Of a stretch of DNA of 64,000 nt, positions 54,480 through 64,000 are shown in pieces. The notes under the pieces were generated by a model. That model made no database searches. It saw only the letters and a program-made list of their open reading frames with translations, and was not told where the DNA came from. Position 1 is the first letter of the stretch. Each line of letters starts with the position of its first letter. The translations under genes were made by a program, and so were the position numbers. The stretch lies in NCBI RefSeq assembly GCF_009914755.1, contig NC_060941.1. One strand, 5' to 3'. Source of the DNA: the human T2T-CHM13v2.0 reference genome, Homo sapiens.

Positions 54480-54830
54480 TTACTTGAGATCAAGTAGAGA
54501 CATTAAGTTGGACATAAGATTCTGGAGCTTGGAAGAGAGGTGATAGGTTGGGATTTAAATTCAGAAGTCATTACTTTAGAGATGATATGTAAGTCTGTAA
54601 GATTAGAAGTCACCTAGGAAGACAGAATACACAAGAGAAGAAAAGATGGCACAGGGCTGACCCTTGGGCATGCCAATATTCAGAAGTCTAAAATAAAAAA
54701 AAGCAGAGATGCAGAGAAAAACCACCAGTGACATGAGAAAAAATCAGGGACGATGGGTGTTACAGAAGCCAAACAGAAGTGTTTGAAGGAGAAGGAAAGA
54801 GTGATTGTGCCTTCTGTTGTTAAACACTCA

Positions 54831-55385
<555 letters not shown>

Positions 55386-55501
55386 TGAAGACAGCTGCTA
55401 CTGATTTTGACAACAGGGAAGTTGTTGGTGACCTTGACAAGAGCAGTCTCAATGCAGTCAAGGGAATGGACAGCGATGACATGAAGTAGAGGCTGTGATC
55501 A

Positions 55502-55752
55502 CAGAGCAGGCCACAAATGATGGCCTGTGGGCTGAAGCCAGTCTGCCACGTCTGCCACCTGTTTTTGTAAACAATGTGTTTTTGGACCGAAACTCATTAA
55601 TAATACTTAAACCAAACTCATTTGTTTAAGTATTGTTTATGGGGACTTTTGCCACACAATGGCAGAGATAAATAGTTACAACAGAGACCATATGGTCAGT
55701 AAAGGCTAAAATATTTACTATCCAGCCCTTAACAGAAAGCTTGCTGACCCTG
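55502..55752 (+). mobile_element. MER58A-like hAT relic
   Basis: ggcctgtgggc...cctgtttttgtaaa...aaaatatttactatc.gcccttaacagaaa..ttgctgaccctg. Confidence 0.7.
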
Positions 55753-55898
55753 GTATAGACTTTTTTTTTTCAAGAAGTTTTTGCTATGAGAAAGGAAGAA
55801 AAATAGGGCAAAAGATGGCGTAAAGGGAGTAATTTTTAAAGATGAGAAATGCTTGCATACGTCTGCTTGGGAGTGATTTAGCAGGAGAGAAATTTATT

Positions 55899-56168
55899 TG
55901 GGGGGGCAATGGGTTAATTACAGAAGAGGACTGTTTTAAACATAATGTTCTGGGGGGGGCAATGGGTTAATTACAGAAGAGGACTGTTTTAAACATAATG
56001 TTCTGGGGGGGGCAATGGGTTAATTACAGAAGAGGACTGTTTTAAACATAATGTTCTGCGGAGGGGGCAATGGGTTAATTACAGAAGAGGACTGTTTTAA
56101 ACATAATGTTCTGGGGGGGGGGCAATGGGTTAATTACAGAAGAGGACTTTTTTAAACATAATGTTCTT
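55899..56168. repeat. ~53-bp tandem repeat x5 with variable G-run
   Basis: (g)n caatgggttaattacagaagaggactgttttaaacataatgttct. Confidence 0.93.
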
Positions 56169-56181
56169 GAATTGTTTAGTG

Positions 56182-56525
56182 CAGGGGACCCCAAGCCCTG
56201 GGCCGTGGGCCAGCACCAGTCCGTGGCCTGTTGGGAACTGGGCCGCACAGCAGGAGGTGAGCGGTGGGCAAGTGAGTGAGCATGATCTTCTGAGCTCCCC
56301 CTCCTCAGATCAGCAGCGGTATTAGATTCTCATAGGAGCGCGAACCCTACTGTGAACTGCACACGCGAGGGATCTAGGTTGCAAGCTCCTTAACAGAATC
56401 TAACTAAGGCCTGATTATCTGAGGTGGAACAGTTTCATCCTGAAACCATGTCCCCCTCCCTGGTCCATGGAAAAACTGTCTTCCAAAAAACTGCTCGCTG
56501 GTGCCAAAAAGGTTGGGGACCACTG
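56182..56525 (+). mobile_element. MER1B-like hAT-Charlie DNA transposon (non-autonomous)
   Basis: TIRs caggggacccca / ttggggaccactg and perfect 8-bp TSD gtttagtg at 56174-56181 and 56526-56533. Confidence 0.9.
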
Positions 56526-57763
56526 GTTTAGTGTATGAGTATTAGCCCTTTAGCAGGGTTATAAGTATCCTTTAGAATGGGGACCAAGGATATGAACAGC
56601 ACTCCTATAGAGCCCATAGCTGAGCCAATCATCCATTTGGTTTACCGGGGACACGCTGCGTTTATGATTCAGTATAGTTATTAACAGCTCCCTCTCCTTC
56701 TCAAAGTGACTCTGGTGATAAATCATATGGTCACCTCACCTACAGCACCTAAGCAAGGCTATGGCACAGTGGGACCTTGACAAATATTGCCCACTGATTA
56801 AAAGTATCATGGTGCACCTGTAAGAGTGCTGGTGCTGAGGCTACCGCTCTGAATAAGTGCGCTCATAACCATTCCTCTAACTTCAGGCCCAACCATGAGC
56901 AGTGGTTCAAAATCACAGCTTCATGCTTTCTGTAAGTATTCTCTATTTGGCTTAAACAGAGTCTAATATCCAAGATGCTACATGGGATCAGTAAATTCTA
57001 AAAAAGTTTCAATCGTGGAGTAAAAAGTGCAACAGAGGCCTCTGTAGGCAACTGACCACTAGAAAGGACTGATCTTTTTCGACACAGCTCACATGGAATT
57101 CTGTGATACTGCAGGTCATGTCATGTTATGGTGACATGCTAATGGGACCATAGCTACTGTGTTCTAGACAAACACCCTAAAACATATGACATGCAGCTAA
57201 GAAAGGCAAAAAAGGGGCTAAGTTATACACTTAGGTCTCACATATGAAGAAGTCTGCATGATCCTATCTCAGAGAAAGGGTTTCTATCCCTTTCTCTCTT
57301 ACATTAAACCTGGCATCCTACCAGAACTGTCTCTGCTGAAGGTATCGCTTTTTTCTTCCAGCAAACAAATAAGACTCACACAATCTTACATGTCACAGTC
57401 TCCAAGATAGATAAACTATGTGCCAGACTTTTTTCGGGCTGGAATACTTTTGCTTGTTTTAATAAGGTACTGAAGTTGGGGAAATGTACTATAATTCATT
57501 TTGCAGAGTTTAAAAACTCCTCTGAAGCACTGGTGCTATCAGGCAAGTCCATTCTCAACACACACCCTAATATTTGACATCTAACCTCTGATCATGAGTC
57601 ATATAGAAAGATTGTTTTGCAACTGGAAGAATCATGGGTCCTACAAGAAGTTAAGGTTTTTTTAAGAAACACAAAAATACCTTCACTACCTGGCTAATCA
57701 GAAATGTGCTGAAAGAATCACTCTGGCACTGTCCCTAGACACTTTTTAAAATAAAAACGTGGT

Positions 57764-58401
<638 letters not shown>

Positions 58402-58465
58402 CTACTTTCCATTCCAAGCTGTATGTGGATTAAAAACAGAACTAATCACTCCCAAAAATGTCTGC

Positions 58466-58762
58466 ATTTAATCTACCCCACTAGAGTTTCTGAACGGAGC
58501 ACTGGAGCTACAGCTTACATCTAAAGGTGTTATAAAGCAGTGACTGTTGTGGCCCTTTTTAGGACTCAAATTCTATACACACACAGCCTGCATCCTAAAG
58601 TGTTATAAAGCGGCGACTGTGTTTAATCTGCCCCTACTGGAGTTTCTGAACTGGGCACTGGTGAACTGGGCACTGGTGAACTGGGCACTGGAGCCACAGC
58701 CTGTATCTGACGGTGTTATAAAGCGGTGACTGCCGTGCTCCTCTTTTAAGACTCAAATTCTG
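58466..58762. repeat. Local duplication (~150 bp) with an internal 15-bp triplication (actgggcactggtga)
   Basis: tttaatct.cccc.act.gagtttctgaac...ggtgttataaagc.gtgactg...actcaaattct occurs twice. Confidence 0.7.
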
Positions 58763-59394
58763 TAAACAGGAGATGAAAAGCAACCCACTGAATTAGCCTA
58801 GAAGGCTCAGCAAAACCAATTCCAGCATCTTTGTATTTCTGTGCATCCTAATGGTAACCACTACTCTGAATTCTCCTTGCCTCCTGGAGGAGACGGTGAG
58901 CAGGCTCTCAAAGCCACAGAAGGTCACGTGTGGAAGATAAGGAGTATGGAACCTGGCACAGACTCTCCTGCTTTCTTCTTTCTCTTTTTCCTTTTTTTGC
59001 AGAACTGTTGTCTGCCACGTTAGTAGACAGAGGGGCTCTGATTCATTGGCAGTGCCTTAAGAAATGAGCATCCCTCTGGCTCTCAGGTCCATCTAATTTT
59101 GCAGTCTGCGCCATCAGAGAATGATGCTGCCTTTATCCTGTGAGTCCGCAGGCAGCCTTTCAGAGATTTTAAACCGAGATCCCCTTTGTGGCCACTGCAG
59201 GAAGGAGGAAAGGTTGTTCATTTTCCGAAGAGCTGGTATGGCTTTAGACTGTTCTGTGAAAAAATAAGGTGCTATTATTCACGGTTACTGGGGAGAAAAT
59301 TAGATTTTTCCACTATTTTGCTACCATTTCTGTTTTCCAACTTGACATCTATCTGCTGGTTCCCTTTTCTATTATATGGAAAAGCAACGTGCTG

Positions 59395-59936
<542 letters not shown>

Positions 59937-60157
59937 TCAAGCCTCTTATCCTCTAGGAAGTAGTTTCATAATTTCCAGAATGCAAATTCTATCAGCTACC
60001 TGAAAGGTAGTAAGGAATGTGAGAGTAGAAAATATGTTTGGAATCGTTTACCCAACACTCTTCCCCTCCGCATGCGAAATCTTCCTTTCACCGTGTTTCT
60101 ACAGAGTCTGCTGTCCAAGAGCTGACCAGGCCCTCGTTGGAGCAGTTTTCCCATGAC

Positions 60158-60427
60158 TTTTTTTTTTTTTTTTTGAGACAGAGTCACGCTTCGTCGTGGC
60201 ATGATCTCAGCTCACTGCAACATCCGCCTCCTGGGTTCAAGTGATTCTCATGCCTCAGCCTCCTGAGTAGCTGGGATTACAGGCACCCACCACCACACCC
60301 AGCTAATTTTTGTATTTTTAGTAGAGACGGGGTTTCACCATGTTGGCCAGGACGGTCTCCATCTCCTGACCTCATGACCCGCTTACCTCGGCCTCCCAAC
60401 ATGCTGGGATTACAGGCGTGAGCCACC
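60158..60427 (-). mobile_element. Alu
   Basis: Consensus match with a short deletion. Confidence 0.9.
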
Positions 60428-60559
60428 AGAATGAGAATTGGGAAAAAGAGTTTGTCTTTCGCGGGTGGTAGGAGTCCCAAGAAGTGAAACTGAGTTAGAG
60501 AGCAGCTAGGTTCCCCAGGAAGGGCAGGAGGCTGGACTACAGGTAGAGATGATGAGGGT

Positions 60560-60560
<1 letters not shown>

Positions 60561-60614
<54 letters not shown>

Positions 60615-60631
60615 TCTCTCTCACACAATCT

Positions 60632-60683
<52 letters not shown>
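60561..60683 (+). repeat. (CA)25 followed by (CT)n microsatellites
   Basis: Direct reading. Confidence 0.95.
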
Positions 60684-60686
<3 letters not shown>

Positions 60687-61301
60687 CTTTACTCCCGTCT
60701 TTGGCTTCAGCTGTTTGACAAGCCCAGCTGAGACGCTATCCTTCTGGCGGTCACACTTGTTGAACTTCTTCAAACGAGACACAACAGGATCCTTCCAAAT
60801 AATCCCCCTTTTGCCTAAGCCCGTTTGAATTGGGATTTTTGTCTTCTGCAACCAAGAGAGTCTTGAATGAGTTTATAAAGCACTCAGCTCACAGAAAGTG
60901 CTCACTTAATGGCAACTATTAGTATTCCCACATCTCCTAGATGGAGTAGGATATTTCAGATGAGACTACCCTCTAAGAATCAGAGGTTGTTACTCATCTT
61001 TTAGAGCTTTGTAAATAAGATGGCTAAGTTCAGTATCTGCAGGCAGACTCAGAAGAACGGCTCATGGATTAAGAGGATGGAATCTTTGAACCATGCTGAA
61101 AATGAGACATTCTCCAGAAAAAAATTGAAGTCTTTTGTTCATTCATTCAATTAAAAAGTGAGTGCCTATTACATGTACTGTGCTAGATACTGAGAGAAAA
61201 AGATCACTAGCTAGGGAATGTATCTTTAAAGGGCTTGTAAGGAATACATGTCTGAATTATACACAAAATGATACAAAGAGCGATGAATAAAGAATGGCAG
61301 C

Positions 61302-61741
<440 letters not shown>

Positions 61742-61811
61742 TCAAGTCGCCTCTCTTTAGAGAAAGTCTCTTCTTTTGTTACTGCTGACCACCCCGGCAT
61801 CACTGAGAGCT

Positions 61812-61825
61812 GTTGCTATGGAAAC
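61812..61825. promoter_or_regulatory. Candidate RFX X-box
   Basis: GTTGCTATGGAAAC closely matches the palindromic X-box GTTGCCATGGCAAC; motif match only. Confidence 0.45.
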
Positions 61826-61858
61826 GAGGTATCCCCAGCTGAAACAGAGGTGCTTCAG

Positions 61859-62020
61859 CCAGCCTCAGCAATGCTAACAATGCAGCCCGCTCTCCACGAC
61901 GGTGCTCAACAGCAGCAGAGGCTGCGGGACTCTCACACACCCAGCCTCAGCAATGCCAACAACGCAGCCCACTCCCCATGATGGTGCTCAACAGCAGCAG
62001 AGGCTGTCGGACTCTCACAG
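61859..62020. repeat. ~82-bp tandem duplication x2
   Basis: ccagcctcagcaatgc.aacaa.gcagccc.ctc.cca.ga.ggtgctcaacagcagcagaggctg..ggactctcaca twice. Confidence 0.88.
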
Positions 62021-63962
62021 CCACAGATGGCTGCACGTCTACAGCTCTTTGCTTCCCTACGTGTCCGAGAACTCAACCAGGACTGCCCTGGTCAAATGCC
62101 AGATGGCGCCCATCAGATGAGAATCACTGATGTTTACACAAATTCCTCCACACCACTTAGGAACCTGGAGTGTAAGAAGGCTTTATTTAAAGCACAGATT
62201 TCTTTCCAAGTTTGTGAACCAAAAACCAAAGGACTGTAAAGAGCAAACGGAGTAATTCTCACCTTGTTTGTTAAAATGTTCTGTTCCATGTAAGTTACTT
62301 TTATTTATGATTTCTGCAAACCAAAGCCACTGAAAATGTGAACCAAAGAGCTCATTTTTGTTGTTTTCAGGAGACAAGCCAGAAATTAAAATCACAAGAC
62401 GAGGCTCGGAAACAAATTCAGCAGTGCCCAAATAAGACTAAACATTTACATTGCAAAGTTCTGCCTATATCTGTTATCACCCCTAACTTAAAACAAGCTA
62501 GCCCTGAAATAGCTGCGAGTGACGGATGCGTTCATGCAGCTTCCTTTGACGAAAGGTAACCCCGGAGGATGAGAGCATTTCAAGCAACACCTCCAAGTGG
62601 CAAAAGACAAGGAAACGTTTAAGCAAAAGTTTCTGCTGCTTTTGCTGAATGAAAGGTAAAGAAATTCAATATTTTTGGAAATGGGGCACATTAAAAGGAA
62701 CAACTTGTCCAAGTTTAACAAAGGACTACTTTTCCCAAATAGCCAGGACTTCCAGTTGCCAAGTTCGAGGTTATTGACTTCATTCTAATTCCCCATATCT
62801 TACTATTACTTCTCATTTTAGTCACTTCATAACTCTCATCTATATCGTAAGTCTTCATTCAGGAGAAAACATCCTTTTGCGTGACATCTGGATGTTCCCT
62901 CAGCTGACTTTTTGAGACACCTTCTGTGCCAAATGCCCTTCAGGCTGCGAGGATTCATCTGTGTGATTTTTTTCTCTTCCTGGTTCGCTTACTCTCTTTA
63001 GGGCCTCACTGGTGTCTGTATTTTCAGCAGCACAGGTGTGCAGAACACAGAGAGTTCTCTTCAACCTGGGGTTCTTCTCTCAGTCCAGTTTCTTCGTCAT
63101 ACTGAGGGGGACCAAGCTGGCTAATGAGGCCATGGTCACTGCCATTATTTGAAATTCCTTATGAATCAGCCTTCCAGGCTCCACAGCAAAACAAGTGGCT
63201 CCCAAATCTGCTTTTAAATGTTTGTCACTGTTTAAAGATAATTTAGTATGGACAAGTATGCAGCATACTGCGAATGAGAAAATCTGGGTCTGTGATTAAC
63301 TCGCTTCGTGTGATTTTGGGCACGTCACAGAACTGATGCGGGCCATCTCTTCATCTGTAAAATGGGGAGAACAGCATCTACGTGGCCTAATTCACACATC
63401 TTTGTAAACACGTGAATCGAGTAAATCAAGTAAAGTAATATATGCAACAATATTTTGCAAGGTAAACATTTATAGTGTAATAAAACATTAGCATTACAGA
63501 TCAAGACAAATGACTCAAAATGTTATGTTCTGCAAAAGCAACTGAAAATGTGTCTTTGCTTACAGTGAATGAATCAAGAACAGATCAGCCTTAAAACAGT
63601 ACATCCTTAATTACAGAGATCTGGAAAATTCCAGGGCTGACAAACGGTCCTAGAACCTGCCCACAAGACACTAGTTACCAGAAATCTCTAAAGACTAGAA
63701 TCTCTAAGTCTTCAATGAAAAAAAAGTTTAAATTTCTGACTTATTAGAAGTAGCACTTTGCCTAGCTGATAATTCTACGGTTATCACGGAAGTAGGAGAG
63801 GGCTGTCTGTCGCGACCGTTCCCTTGTGACTAGGAACAAGAAAAGCTCAAGTACAACAAGGAGACAGGAGTTAAGAATTCGGTCTGAGATGGGGTAAAGA
63901 CCCCTCAAATATACCTTTTCTCCTGCTTTAAAGACAGAATTTGAATCATCAAACTTACTTGG

Positions 63963-64000
63963 GGCCAGGTGCAGTGGCTCACGCCTGTAATCACAACACT
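63963..64000 (+). mobile_element. Alu 5' end (truncated by the window edge)
   Basis: ggccaggtgcagtggctcacgcctgtaatc. Confidence 0.85.

Overview
Primate (almost certainly human) genomic DNA covering the middle of VPS53 (GARP/EARP tethering-complex subunit; by recall at subtelomeric 17p13.3), transcribed on the minus strand. Seven coding exons (by recall exons 5-11, about aa 96-372) can be read with GT-AG boundaries and splice into one open frame of 831 nt. The introns contain a full-length but ORF-disrupted L1PA element in sense orientation, a processed RPS4X pseudogene, about 33 Alu/FAM copies, older L1M/L2/MIR/MaLR/hAT relics, and a very high density of tandem repeats: six large minisatellites (40/52, 50, 26, 85, 41 and 46 bp units) plus more than a dozen 2-5 copy tandem duplications. 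Two repeats in intron 7 are built from splice signals. A 61-bp repeat copies the last 41 nt of exon 7 with its donor five times, and any distal donor gives an immediate in-frame stop. A 41-bp VNTR carries, in every unit on the pre-mRNA strand, a polypyrimidine tract + CAG followed one base later by GTAAGA. There is no prokaryotic system, CRISPR array, rRNA or tRNA. Exon numbering, repeat subfamily names and the pseudogene symbol come from recall, not database searches. Functional consequences are inference.
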